Assembly: GCF_018350175.1 (NCBI RefSeq)
Contig: NC_058383.1
Span: forward strand, 24,802,001 to 24,866,000
Length of the DNA stretch: 64,000 nt
From: Felis catus
Taxonomy: Eukaryota
Direction of reading: 5' to 3'
In this document: in pieces, positions 1 through 13,068 of the stretch
Layout: each line of letters begins with the position of its first letter
How positions within the stretch are numbered: position 1 is the first letter of the stretch
Notes under the pieces: generated by a model
Told to the model about the DNA's origin: nothing
Seen by the model: the letters and a program-made list of their open reading frames with translations, nothing else
The model's database searches: none
Program-made: the position numbers and the translations under genes

Positions 1-2274
1 TTATCTTCATGAGGTCCCAGTAGTTCATTTTTGCTTTTAATTCCCTTGCCTTTGGGGATGTGTCAAGTAAAAAATTGCTGCGGCTGAGGTCAGAGAGGTT
101 TTTTCTCCTGCTTTCTCCTCTAGGGTTTTGATGGTTTCCTGTCTCACATTCAGGTCCTTTATCCATTTTGAGTTTAATTTTGTGAATGGTGTAAGAAAGT
201 GGTCTAGTTTCATTCTTCTGCATGTTGCTGTCCAGTTCTCCCAGCACCATTTGTTAAAGAGACTGTCTTTCTTCCACTGGATATTCTTTCCTGCTTTGTC
301 AAAGATGAGTTGGCCATACGTTTGTGGGTCTAATTCTGGGGTTTCTATTCTATTCCATTGGTCTGTGTGTCTGTTTTTATGCCAATACCATGCTGTCTTG
401 ATGATGACAGCTTTGTAGTAGAGGCTAAAGTCTGGGATTGTGATGCCTCCCACTTTGGTCTTCTTCTTCAATATTACTTTGGCTATTCGGGGTCTTTTGT
501 GGTTCCATACAAATTTTAGGATTGCTTGTTCTAGCTTCGAGAAGAATGCTGGTGCAATTTTGATTGGGATTGCATTGAATGTGTAGATAGCTTTGGGTAG
601 TATTGACATTTTGACAATATTTATTCTTCCAACCCATGAGCATGGAATGTTTTTCCATTTCTTTATATCTTCTTCAATTTCCTTCCTAAGCTTTCTGTAG
701 TTTTCAGCATACAGATCTTTTACATCTTTGGTTAGGTTTATTCCTAGGTATTTTATGCTTCTTGGTGCAATTGTGAATGGGATCAGTTTCTTTATTTGTC
801 TTTCTGTTGCTTCATTATTAGTGTATAAGAATGCAACTGATTTCTGTACATTGATTTTGTATCCTGCGACTTTGCTGATTCATGTATCACTTCTAGCAGA
901 CTTTTGGTGGAGTCTATAGTGTTTTCCATGTATAGTGTCACGTCATCTGCAAAAAGTGAAAGCTTGACTTCATCTTTGCCAATTTTGATGCCTTTGATTT
1001 CCTTTTGTTGTCTGATTGCTAGAACTTCCAACACTATGTTAAACAACAGCAGTGAGAGTGGACATCCCTGTCGTGTTCCTGATCTCAGGGGGAAAGCTCT
1101 CAGTTTTTTCCCATTGAGGACGACATTAGCTGTGGGCTTTTCATAAATGGCTTTTATGATGTTTAAGTGTGTTCCTTCTATCCGGACTTTCTTGAGGGTT
1201 TTTATTAAGAAAGAATGCTGAATTTTGTCAAATGCCTTTTCTGCACTAATTGACAGGATCATATGATTCTTATCTTTTCTTTTATTAATGTGATGTATCA
1301 CATTGATTGATTTGTGAATACTGAACCAGCCCTGCAGCCCAGGAATGAATCCCACTTGATCATGGTGAATAATTCTTTTTATATTCAATTGAATTCAATT
1401 TGCTAGTATCTTGTTGAGAAATTTTGCATCCATATTCATCAGGGATATTGGCCTGTAGTTCTCTTTCTTTGCTGGGTCTCTGTTTGGTTTGGGAATCAAA
1501 GTAATGTTGGCCTCATAGAAGGAGTCTGGAAGTTTTCCTTTACTTTCAATGTTTTGGAAAAGCTTGAGAAGGATAGGTATTATCTCTGCTTTAAATGTCT
1601 GGTAGAATTCCCCAGGGAAGCCACCTGGTCCAGGACTCTTATTTGTTGGAAGATTTTTGATAACTGATTCAATTTCTTTGCTGATTATGGGTCTGATCAA
1701 GTTTTCTATTTCCTCCTGTTTGAGTTTTGGTAGTGTGTGGGTGCTTAGGAATTTGTCCATTTCTTTCAGGTTGTCCAGTTTGTTGGCATATAATTTTTCC
1801 TAGTATTCCCTGATAATTGCTTGTTTTTCTGAGAGATTGGTTGTAATAATTCCATTTTCATTCATGATTTTATCTAGTTGGGTCCTCTCTCTTTTCTTTT
1901 TGAGAATCCTGACTAGAGGTTTACCAATTGTGTTTATTTTTTCAAAAAACCAACTCTTGGTTTCATTGATCTGCTCTACAGTTTTTTAAGATTCTATATT
2001 GTTTATTTCTGCTCTGATCTTTATTATTTCTCTTCTTCTGCTGGGTTTGGGGTGTCTTTGCTGCTCTGCTTCTATTTCCTTTAGGTGTGCTGTTAGATTT
2101 TGTATTTGGGATTTTTCTTGTTTCTTGAGATAGGCCTGCATTGCAATGTATTTTCCTCTCGGGACTGCCTTCGCTGCATCCCAAAGCGTTTGGATTGTTG
2201 TGTTTTCATTTTCATTTGTTTCCATATACTTCTAAATTTCTTCTCTTATTGCCTGGTTGACCCATTCATTCTTT

Positions 2275-2502
2275 TTTTTAAATTTTTTAATGTTTATTTT
2301 ATTTTTGAGAGAGAGAGAGAGAGAGTGTGCCTGCAAGCAAGGGAGGGGCAGAGAGAGAGAGAGGGAGACACAGAATCTGAAGCAGGCTCTAGGCTCTGAG
2401 CTGTCAGCACAGAGACTGATACGGGGCTCAAACTCACAAACTGTGAGATCATGACCTGAGCTGAAGTCTGATGCTTAACTGACTGAGCCACCCAGGCGCC
2501 CC
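2275..2502 (-). mobile_element. CanSINE inserted in L1 ORF2
   Basis: tRNA-like head, (CT)n tract, A tail; flanked by gacccattcattcttt repeats. Confidence 0.95.
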
Positions 2503-2519
2503 GACTCATTCATTCTTTA

Positions 2520-2743
2520 AAACTGTTTTTTTAATGCTTAATTTTGACAGAGAGAGAGAGAGAGAGAGAGCGAGCGCATGAGCGGGGGAGAGGCAGAGAG
2601 AGTAGGAGACACAGAATCTGAAGCAGGCTCCAGGCTCTGATCTGTCAGCACAGAGCCCAATGTGGGGCTCGAACTCACGGAGTGTGAGATCATGACCTGA
2701 GCTAAAGTCAGACGCTCAATTGACTGACCCACCCAGGCACCTC
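2520..2743 (-). mobile_element. Second CanSINE in tandem at the same L1 site
   Basis: Same SINE structure; followed by a third copy of gacccattcattcttta. Confidence 0.95.
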
Positions 2744-5700
2744 GACCCATTCATTCTTTAGTAGGATGTTCTTTAACCTCCATGCTTCTGGAGGTTTTCC
2801 AGACTTTTTCCTGTGGTTGATTTCCAGTTTCATAGCATTATAGTCTGAAAGTGTGCATGGTATGATCTCAGTTCTTTTATACTTATTAAGGGCTGTTTTG
2901 TGACCCAGTATGTGATCTATCTTGGAGAATGTTCCATGTGCACTCAAGAAGAAAGTATATTCTGTTGCTTTGGGATGCAGAGTTCTAAATATATCTGCCA
3001 AGTCCAACTGATCCAATATATCATTCAGGGACCTTGTTTCTTTATTCTCTGTCTACATGTTCTATCCATTGCTATAAGTGGAGTATTAAAGTCTCCTGCA
3101 ATTACCACTTTCTTATCAATAAGGTTGCTTATGTTTGTGATTAATTGATTTATATATTTTGGGGCTCCCATATTCGGCACATAGACATTTATAATTGTTA
3201 GCTCTTCCTGGTGGATGGACCCTGTAATTATTATATAATGCCCTTGTTAATCTCTTGTTACAGCCTTTAAAGTCTAGTTTGTCTGATATAAGTATGGCTA
3301 CTACAGCTTTCTTTTGACTTCTAGTAGCGTGATAGATTTTTCTCCATCCCCTCACTTTCAATCTGAAGGTGTCCTCAGGTCTAAAATGAGTCTCTTGTAG
3401 ACAGCAAATAGATGGGTCTTGTTTTTTTATCCATTCTGATACCCTATGTCTTTTGGTTGGAGCATTTAGTCTGTTTACATTCAGTGTTATTATTGAAAGA
3501 TATGGGTTTAGAGTCATTGTGATGTCTGTAGGTTTCATGCCTGTAGTGGTGTCTCTGGTCCTTTGTGGTTCTTGCAACATTTGACTCACAGAGTCCCCCT
3601 TAGGATCTCTTGTAGGGCTGGTTTAGTGGTGATGAATTCCTTCAGTTTTTGTTTGTTTGGGAAGACCTTTATCTTTCCTTCTATTCTGAATGACAGACTT
3701 GCTGGATAAAGGATTCTTGGCTGCATATTTTTTCTGTTCATCACATTGAAGATTTCCTACCATTCCTTTCTGGCCTGCCAAGTTTCAGTAGATAGGTCTG
3801 CTACTACCCTTATGTGTCTACCTTTGTGTGTTAAGGTCCATTTATCCCTAGCTGCTTTCAGAATTCTCTCTTTATCCTTGTATTTTGCCAGTTTCACTAT
3901 GATATGTCGTGCAGAAGATCAATTCAAGTTACATCTGAAGGGAGTTCTCTGCCTCTTGGATTTTGATGCCTGTTTCCTTCCCCAGAGGGATTTTGATGCC
4001 TTCCCTTCCTCAGGGAACTTCTCAGCTATGATTTGTTCAAGTACACCTTCAGCCCCTTTCTCTCTCTCCTTCTTCTTCTGGAATTCCTATGATAGGGATA
4101 TTGTTCCATTTGATTGCATCACTTAGTTCTCTAATTCTCCCCTTGTACTCCTGGATTTTTGTATCTCTCTTTTTCTCAGCTTCCTCTTTTTCCATAATTT
4201 TATCTTCTAATTCACCTATTCTCTCCTCTGCCTTTTCAATCCACACTGTGGCAGCCTCCATTTTATTTTGCACCTCATTTATAGCATTTTTTAATTCATC
4301 ATGACTATTTTTTAGTCCCTTGATCTCTGTAGCAATAGGTTCTCTGCTGTCCCCTATGCTTTTTTCAAGCCCAGCAATTAATTTTATGGCTATTATTCTA
4401 AATTCTTGTTCTGTTATATTGTTCAATCGGTTTTGATCAATTCATTAGCTGTCACTACTTCCTGTAATTTCTTTTGAGGAGAATTTTTCCGTTTCATCAT
4501 TTTGGCTAGTTTTCTGTCCCTTATGCGTTTTAAATGTTTGTTGTTTGCCCTGTACCTGCGAGCACTGCTATATTAAAGGAGGGTCATACACTGCCCAGGG
4601 CCTGGCCCTTCAGGAGGTGTTTTTTCAGAGATTGTTACTTGCTCTCTATTGTTGTGACTTTGGTTATTTTATTACCCTATTCGTAATAATATTTTGGACC
4701 CTCCACCAGATGTGCTTTGATTTGTTCCTTGGAGTGGCCCTGCAAAGGAAAACAGATAGACAAACAGGACACAAAAACATGCAAACACACAGACAAATAA
4801 CACAAGCAAATAAACAAAAACAAAAACTTAAAGACTAAAAACAAAAAACCCAAAAGCACCGACTACAGGTAAAGAAGAAAGTGGAGGCAGTGCTGATGGA
4901 AAAGCATATACAAAGAGAGAAATGATAGGAATGTGTGGTGGGGGCGGGGGGGGGGGGAGAAAAAATAAACATTGATTAGGCAGAGAGACTAAAAGGCTTA
5001 ATCCAGAGAGAGAGAAAGGAAAATAAAGAAGGAAGCGGGGGAAATGAAACGAAGATAAAGTTACCCAGACAGAGAAATTATATGGCTTGATTATTCCAGA
5101 GAGAGAGAAAGGAGTGTAAAGGAGGTGTAGAACATGTATCAAGACAATGGATTAAATATGTCTGTTTAGACAGCCCAATAACCAGAGTAACCAGCCTAGG
5201 GGAGAGAAGAGATAAGGAGAAGAAATTGGGGGTGGGGGGAGAATATATCTATATATCCATAATTGACCTAGAGTTAATCCAGGCAATGCTGCATTGCTTG
5301 TTGGGAGGAGCTGTCTGCAGGGTCTGTGCCAATCAATTGGATATGCAGTTACCCAGTGCAAGGAGGCATGGTTTGGCATATTCTGAACCCACCTCCACTA
5401 TGGGCCCTGGGAGTGATCCTTGAGGCCTCACTTTGGTGGTGGTGGTGGGATTGGGGGGGGGGGAGGGAATGGTGATTCCCCAGTCTCTTCTCCACAGAGC
5501 CAGACCTGGTGGACTCAGTTTGAGTAGTCCTCACTGTGCCGGGGCGCAGACGGGGGGGGGGGGGTCCTTCTGGCTCCACTCCGTCAACTCCCCTGACTCT
5601 GTGCTTGGCTAGGATTCAAAGTCCAGCTCAGTGCGCTCTGGCGCTGGGGAAGCGCCTCTCAGTGCGGCGATATGTGGTCTCAACTGGCTTTGTCTGTGCC

Positions 5701-8425
5701 TCTACACTTCAGGGAGGACAGCCTTCTCCTACTGTGGACTCAGTTGCTGCCCTCACTGTGAGCCCACAGGGTGGCAGATGCAGGCAGGCTTTGTCTTTTC
5801 CCACAGCACTCCAGGGAGACAGCTGCCTTTTTCTCCTGCAGACTGCGCCCTTGGCCCAGCCACTGTGCCCAAGGGGTGGAGGATGCAGGCAGGTTCTGTA
5901 CTATCATGCAGCCCTCCAGGGAGGGAACCACTTTCTCCAACTGTGGACTGAGCTCTGGCCTACCACCACATCCAGGGCTGGCTCCCCTCCACCCCAGGTG
6001 CATGAACAGGGAGCCAGCCCCAGTCGGAAGAAAGCCTTGCAGTTAGAGATCAGATCCCTCTCAGTCTCAATCCTAGTCCGAGGTCTTTCTCCTGTCTAGA
6101 TACTGTCCTGCACTTCCCTAGCCACTCTTTCTCTTCCCTTTGTCTCTTTGCAGAAGGGGGTCCCTCCCCTCCGTGCCCATGCAGCCTTTTTTTTATCTCC
6201 CCCAATTCGCAGTTACCCACCTATCTTTTTTCCAGCTTTCCCATTTTCTTCCTGGTAGATTCAGTCTCTTTTCCTCCCAGGCTCTGGTGTTCAAAGTCCT
6301 TTAGTTTCTACACTTCTTTGTTTGAGAGGCATGGGAAGTATTGATTCCCCCTACTTCTCTGCCATGTTGGACCCTCTCCTCATATCCTATCTTTAAAAGA
6401 ACCTATTAATAGTGATCAATCTTACCTATTAAAACTGCTTCCTGTCCAAATTAATCATTCTGGGAAGGATTACATTATTTCTTGTCAGGGAACAAAATGT
6501 TACTTTAAATCTTGGGGGAGGCCTCTCATTACCATGTTTGTGATATAGGGTGTATAAGATGATATTACCAATTTTTGCATGAAGGGTCAAAAGACTGACA
6601 CTCGTAGCCCCTTTTCTCCCTGTTAACAGATCTACATTAAAGGACAAAATTTTTACAGAAGTTTGTTTGGTGGACAAAAGAAGTAACTCCCACCATTCAG
6701 TTTGCAACAGGATTTGAAAGCCTAGTCCATCTACCCATCCCTCTAGGTGGTAGGTAATGCTTATTTTCAGAATTGTTAGTATATTAGATTTACCATTTAT
6801 TGCCTCCCTTTCATCCTCCCTTCTAAGAGACTCTGCCTTACTTTCTGTAACCTCAGTAACCATGTTTGTACCAGATGAACTTGCCTCTGACCACATCTGA
6901 CTGGCCTAACCCAAGCCATGCCAATCAGATTCTGCCTCAAATATTTGATTTAAGAGACTGAGAACATACAGAGTTAGGACTTAAGGCATCTGTGTGGCAA
7001 ACCAAAGCCACATGTCAGCCAAAATGAAGGCAGCAAAGAAATCATGTGTTAGCAGATGTCAAAAGAACAGATGCTTGAGAGAGGCAGAGACAAGAGGCCC
7101 TATGGCTTTAAAGCAAAAGAAATAGAGAAAGAAGCTGCCCGCCTCCCTTGCAGAGGCCAGTTGCTCTTTCTGCACTTTTTTTTCTGTGAGATTCTTCAGT
7201 AGACATCCAATAATTATCCTTCCTTAATTGAACTAATATGAATGGATTTCTGGTCTTGGAAATCCAACATTCCCCTTACTAAGACAATGAGTATAGCAGC
7301 ATTCATGAAAGCTATCATTTTGTTAAAAAAGAAAAACTGTAAAAGTGGGTTCTGCTACTCCAGTGTATAATTTATATGTATATATGATATGGAATGTATA
7401 ACTCTCCTCAATTGCAAGTAATTATTATGATAAATTAAGAATGCTTACTTAATATAATGATTTATTATAACGGTAGGGATATGAATTAATTCAACCAATA
7501 TTTTACTGAGCATTTACTATATGTCAACAATTGGAGGTACAGACATGACTATCTCATAGTCATTGCCTTTTAGGAACATACATAGTCCTATGGGAATGAC
7601 AAATTTATGAACAAATGATATACCCAGACAACATAGTACAGGTTAAAATAAAAATGCATACATGTTTTTTAGGGGAGCTCAAAAAAGAAAGCACCTAATT
7701 GGGACATCAGGGTGGGGTTGCCTGAGAAGTGACATTAGAATTAAGACCTGAAAATCCAATAGTTGTCCAGGAGGTTAGGTGTGAGGAAAAGGCTTTCCAC
7801 ACATAGGAAACAATGTGCACAAAAGCCTGGAAATGGGAAGGATCATGAACCTTATAGGAAACCACTTGCTACTCCTGGAGCACAGAGTATGAAAACAATG
7901 AAGGGAAGATAGTTCAAACCTTCCATGGCAAACTAAAGAAGTTCAGATGTTACCAGGTAGGCAATGGAGAGTTATTAAATCATGTCAAGCAGCATAATGA
8001 CAGGATAGAATGTGCATTTTAGAAAGAACAGTAGCTATGGAGAATGAACTGCGTAGGAGTAAAGTGGGCACACACAAGACCAGAATTAGGAAGACTTTTG
8101 GGCAAGTCCATTCAGGAGATGGTAAACATGTGAAGTAAGGCAATGGCGATGGAATTGGAGAAGAAGAGGGACTCAAGGGGCACGTAGAAAGTCAAATTTA
8201 CAAGATGCAGGAACTGATTTGGAAGGAGGAGTAGCAGCTGCTTGGCTTAGGGTACCAGATGAATGGTAATTAACCATGAGAGAAATAAAGGCATGAAAGA
8301 AGAAGGTTCTTTGAGTTTGTGGCTGCATTGAGATTCAGATGGCCATGAGTCTATAGGAGGAGAAGAGTGGTAGGTATGAGGGTATTCAATTGTTGATTGG
8401 CATTTGGTTAATAAACTTATTTCAT

Positions 8426-8616
8426 GGGGCACCTGGGTGGCTCAGTAGGTTAAGAGTCTTGACTCTTGGTTTTGGCTCAGGTCATGATCTCAGGGTTTGT
8501 GAGTACAAGCAGCACATCGGGCTCTGTGATAACAGCACAGAGAATCTCTCTCTCCCTCTTTCTCTGCCCCTTCTCTACTCTCTGTCTCTCTCAAAAATAA
8601 ATAAACTTAATTAAAA
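8426..8616 (+). mobile_element. CanSINE
   Basis: ggggcacctgggtggctcag head, CT tract, A tail; TSD-like aataaactt(a)atttcat. Confidence 0.9.
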
Positions 8617-8835
8617 AAATAAACTTAATTTCATTATGAAAAACCCAACTCATAGTTTAAGTCAAAAGATAGGAAATGTTTCCAACACATTTCTAAGGTT
8701 TCTGAGAATACTACTATATTGTGTATAGTTCCTCAAATAATTTACCCAAATGAATGTCTCATGATTACTTAGATGTTTTGGAAACTCTCCCATCTAGCCT
8801 ATTTTAAATATAATCAGATTGCAAGCACTACTAAC

Positions 8836-9046
8836 CTGTTCGCAGACAGGCTACATTTGCAAGCCACCATTCTGGGATCCTGGGCAGAATCACCATTACT
8901 CGATCTCCTCTTTTCAGGGCACAGGCTTCTGTAAGTATATTGGCAAATTTTCTAGACAAAGATCCCAGCTCTTCAAAACTCCATCTCACTTCTTCTCCTT
9001 TTCCATTTATCCACCAGAAGGCTGGATTGGAAGGTCTCTTTCCAGC
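8836..9046 (-). CDS. ACSM3: ACSM3 second coding exon (211 bp)
   Basis: cag acceptor, gttag donor; translates [70 protein letters not shown](G); phase matches previous exon. Confidence 0.95.
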
Positions 9047-9424
9047 CTGAGGAAAGACAAACCAGTCATGGATTTAAAGGTCATTATGCAGCTAAATTCT
9101 ATTTTAACTGACTTCATGGAATATTTTTTCCAGAATAAAATTCACAGGTCATTAGTTAAGACACACATGGAATATTGGGAAATAACTCTAGAGTCTTTAT
9201 TTCTAGCTGTTGGGAGCCATGTTATTTCTTCCAGCATATGTCATTTCTCATTTAGCCTGATTGCTTTTCTTTCCAAGAAGTTAGAATTCTTGCATCCCTT
9301 TATATTCTCTCAGTGACATGTCTATGTCTTGTTTCCTACCATTTCTGACTCTTGGAATCATTTTCATTTGAGTCCTTTCTGGATTTTTAAGAAGTTAACC
9401 TATAATCATGCATTTTTATAACCA

Positions 9425-9632
9425 TCACCTTTCTCAACCATGGAACTATTAACATGTTGAGCCAGATAATTCTTTGCCATGGGGAACTGTCTTATGTATT
9501 AGAGGATGTGTGGCAGCATCCCTGGCCTCTAACCATTGGCACACACCTTCTCACAAGTCATGGCAACAAAATTGTTTCCAGACATGGCCAAATATCCCCT
9601 GGGGGCAAAATCACTTCTATCTGAGAAACTGT
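9425..9632. mobile_element. MER20-like hAT MITE
   Basis: tttctcaacc... gcagcatccctggcctcta... ccagacatggccaaatatcccctgggggcaaaatcac... tgagaaactg resembles MER20. Confidence 0.7.
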
Positions 9633-9657
9633 AGTTGGACTGGCCCTTGCTTCATAC

Positions 9658-9876
9658 CTTTTCCATATTGGTCCATTGGTCCAGGATATCTTTAGCAAAG
9701 TTGAAATACTCTGGAGTCTCCAGTTTGAATTCCTGTTTCATGGATTCATAGTTGGAAAAATTCTGAGGAGGCACTATTCTATAATCTTTATGCAGTTCTC
9801 TCACAGAACCAGGGATTGCTAGGCGCCAAAAACACTTGGCACGAAGTAATGTCTTCATAGTGACAAGAGGTAGCAT
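9658..9876 (-). CDS. ACSM3: ACSM3 first coding exon (73 codons; exon extends as 5'UTR to acceptor at 9927)
   Basis: MLPLVTMKTLLRAKCFWRLAIPGSVRELHKDYRIVPPQNFSNYESMKQEFKLETPEYFNFAKDILDQWTNMEK, basic mitochondrial-presequence-like N-terminus; donor AAG|gtatga; acceptor ttgtcttttag. Confidence 0.95.
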
Positions 9877-10175
9877 CAGTCTTGCTGGATGTATTAGCAC
9901 TCAGGGTTTCCGCAGAAACTAATCCATCTAAAAGACAAGTAAAAGGATATGTATTTGTCTCTCTCCTAAAGGTAGCTATACCCCAAAATAGCTAAGTTTT
10001 ATTATTGTTACTAACAATCATCCTAAAAATGCCATTCTCTGAGCACTCAATATGTTTTAAACACTGTACTTTGTTTCACTTACATACAAATTATCACTAA
10101 ATCGTCAGAGTAACTCTGTGACATGGATACTATTATCATTTCTGTTTAAAGAAAGAAAAAATGACGAAGCAAGGC

Positions 10176-10548
10176 TGTCTTAGTCAACTCTGGCCACCAT
10201 AACAAAATACCATAGACAGGATGGCTCAAAAAATAGACACTTATTTCTCACAGTTCTGGAGGCTGGGAAATCTAAGACCAAGTGCTGGCCAGTTCACTTT
10301 CCCAGTATGGGCTCTGTTCCTGGCTTGTGGATGACCACCTTCTCTTTGTTTCCTCACATGGTAGAGAGAGCAAGAGCTCTGGTTTCTCTTCTCCTTTTAT
10401 AAAAATATTAAACCCATTATTGGGGCCTCACCCTGTGACCTCATCTAAACCTAATTCCCTCCTAAAGACCCCACCTCCAAATACCATCACATTTCGGGGG
10501 TCAGGGCTTCAACATAAGAATTTGGAAGGGTCACATTCAGTCCACAAC
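10176..10548 (-). mobile_element. MaLR solo LTR (MLT1A-like)
   Basis: tgtcttagtc...ccataacaaaataccatagac...tttctcacagttctggaggctgggaa...cattcagtccacaaca is typical MLT1. Confidence 0.8.
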
Positions 10549-11570
10549 AGAGGCATTAGTTGGATCTGAACCTAGAACTGTCTGGTCCCAGCCCATTCTC
10601 CTGACTATGTACTACATACTATTGCCTCCCATATGCATTTCTAAAGAAGTGAAGATCTGGGTCACTCAGTTACTCTCAGTGAAAGCAAAGGGCCAAGCCT
10701 GCTTATCTAATTTAATCTTTCACCGTCATTTCAAGAGTTGTACAGACATGTTCAGGAGAAATTTCCACAGTGGGTCATCCATAAGTGAGAAAACTGAGAG
10801 TATCCCAGTACCAATTAGGCATGAAAGAACTGTCAAAAGTCCTTTGGTTTATAGGCCATAGTTCCCATGCTCCCAGTAGGAGCCCACACAACCTTCCAGT
10901 CCAGGCTTGGAGCTGCATTTACGGGAGATGTAATAATAGGGCTTTAACCTTTAGGACTTTTGTGGGGGAGGACCCTTCAGGCCACTGAGCCCCCTGCTTC
11001 TGTGGGAAATCATTTGATCATGATGTCATTTACTTGGCTGAGGTCTCATAAACAAAGTTATTAAAAACATGGCTCTAGGGATTGTAGGATTCTCTGCTTC
11101 ATACATTCTGTAATCTTCCAAATTTCCTACAATGAAATACTACTCTCATAATCATTAAATCATTTTTAACTGCAATTCTAGCTATGTGGTGTGTAAGGCA
11201 GCATGGCCATGTGGGAGAGTTTCTATACTGATATGTTGCCAAACAATAATTAATAATGTCAGCCATCAATTTTATCCTAAATAGGTCTGGTGTTTGGGCA
11301 CCATGTTGCTGCACCCAATGCATTATAAGATCTGGGTTCTTCTTCTGACCCTCCCACCTGTTTATGTGAAGACCAGACAAGTCACTGAACTTGAACCCTC
11401 TGAGATCGTCTGGTTTGAGCTCCCCATTTTTCACCTGCAGAGAAAACAGAGCCCCGGAGAAGGGAAGCAACTTGCTTCAATATGTCATATCAGAGTTAGA
11501 ACTAGAACTCACGTCTTTGGATTCTCATTTGAATGTTCTCTTTACTGTGTTCAATAGGATTTCAGTAGAG

Positions 11571-11752
11571 CAGTGATTCTCAACCCTGGCTGTATATTTG
11601 AATCACCAGCAAAGCTCTTTTAAAAACACCGATGCCTGGGTATTAGACCAATTAAATCAGAATCTCTGGAAGATGGGGCCTGGGCAGCATATTCTTAAAA
11701 TTTCCTCAGAGGATGTTAACGTGCAATCAAGGTGGAGAATCACTGATTCAGA
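11571..11752. mobile_element. MER5-like hAT MITE
   Basis: cagtgattctcaacc ... gagaatcactg terminal inverted repeats, internal aatcagaatctctgg. Confidence 0.75.
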
Positions 11753-11949
11753 GGTTGTGATCTGTGAACCAGCAGCATCAGCATAACCTGGAAGCTAGTT
11801 AGAAATGCACATTTTCAGAACCCGGTTTTCTGTTTTGCCAATGTAGAGACTAATAGAACCCCTGTCAGAGAGAATCGTCCCAAAGATTAAATGAGATAAT
11901 ACATACAAAGTGCTTATCATGGTGTCTAGCATATTACTACTCTCTAGAG

Positions 11950-12544
11950 CAGGGGTTGGCAAACCTTTTCTGTAAAGGGCCAGATAATAATTTAGGCTTT
12001 CTGGGCCATATGTATGATCTCTGTGGCAACTGCTTACTTCAACTCTGGTTGAGATAGAAGCCATTGACAATAACATGACTAAATAGACATAGCTATGTTC
12101 CCAAAAAGACCTATTTATGGATACTGAAACTTGAATTTCACATATTTTTCATGTGTCATGAATTATTATTCCTCTTTTGACTTTTTCAAAAATGAAAAAA
12201 AAACATTTATAATATAATATAAATTATAAATATTATATAAAGATAAATCCCATACATTTGGCAGCTGTCTCCCTTATTACAGAATTAGCATCAGGTTTCA
12301 TTCAGCTGAAAGGAGTTGTTAAGTAGTAGTTAAAAACACTAGGTTTTCAGTGTTGTAACTTTTCTCTTTATTTGTAATTTTTTAGATCATGTCTTCAAAT
12401 GTTTCAAAAAACAAAAATGTTTATATTTTTACATTATAATATTTATAGAAAATTAAAATGTAAAAACCATTCTTGGTTTGCAGCCTGTATAAAAACAGGT
12501 AGAGGGTGGGATTTAACTCATGGCTCTAGTTTGCTGATCTTTGG
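11950..12544 (+). mobile_element. MER58B-like hAT MITE interrupted by a ~250 bp foreign insert
   Basis: caggggttggcaaaccttttctgtaaagggccagata start; atgtaaaaaccattctt...tagtttgctgatc end. Confidence 0.75.
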
Positions 12545-12985
12545 TGCTAGAATGTAAGTTCTATGAGGGTAGGCATTTAGTCTGTTATGTTCATGGGACT
12601 ATCCCTGGGAAATACCATCGTGTTCGGCCCATAGTATTTGCTTATTTGTTGAATGAAGAAATGACTCAGAAGGGAGAACTTTTATATACAGTTTATTTCA
12701 ATAGCTCAGGATAACAGTAGACCTGAGCAGTGCCTTTATTGCTTAATCAGATTTATATAACTACCTGGACTGTTCACATGTGGCTATTTAAATTTAAATT
12801 AATTTAAATACTATTTAAAAATAAGTTCTTAGAGTAACTGAATTTTAAGCACTTAAATAGCCACTTGTGGCTCTTGGCTACTGCATATAGATAACCGCAG
12901 ACACAAAACATTTCTATCACTGCAGAACACCTCTTGTGGACAGTGCTGATCTATATTGATAATAGCTCAGAAGTGGGTGATATAA

Positions 12986-13068
12986 GGGGCACCTGGGCGG
13001 CTCAGTTGGTTAAGCTTCCAATTTTGGCTCAGGCCATGATCTCATGGTTGGTGAGTTAGAGCCCCACA
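12986..13068 (+). mobile_element. 3'-truncated CanSINE head
   Basis: ggggcacctgggcggctcagttggttaag...gagccccaca then abrupt loss of similarity. Confidence 0.85.

Larger units (their letters stand above)
1..6380 (-). mobile_element. LINE-1 (carnivore/felid type), 5'UTR ~6380-4510, decayed ORF1 ~4510-3590, decayed ORF2 from ~3517 running off the left edge; lies in ACSM3 intron in sense orientation
   Basis: ORF track gives L1 ORF1 (MNNITEQEFRIIAIKL...), endonuclease (ITLNVNRLNAPTKRHRV...CCLQETH) and RT fragments ([16 protein letters not shown]) broken by stops and frameshifts. Confidence 0.97.

Noticed and set aside
5536..6099. 187-aa ORF antisense in the L1 5'UTR (ORF0-like idea)
   Set aside because: GC-rich repeat sequence with a non-ATG start; long open frames are expected by chance
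6381..6396. Swapped TSD between the two L1s (aaagataggata vs aaagaaagtgata at ~27875) as proof of a past inversion
   Set aside because: Match is too weak, and ACSM3 orientation relative to THUMPD1 looks ancestral
6429..6896. 155-aa minus-strand ORF in ACSM3 intron
   Set aside because: No recognisable domain and no similarity to the expected next ACSM3 exon; probably chance
8819..9316. 165-aa plus-strand ORF
   Set aside because: Antisense shadow of a real ACSM3 exon plus intron; no independent support
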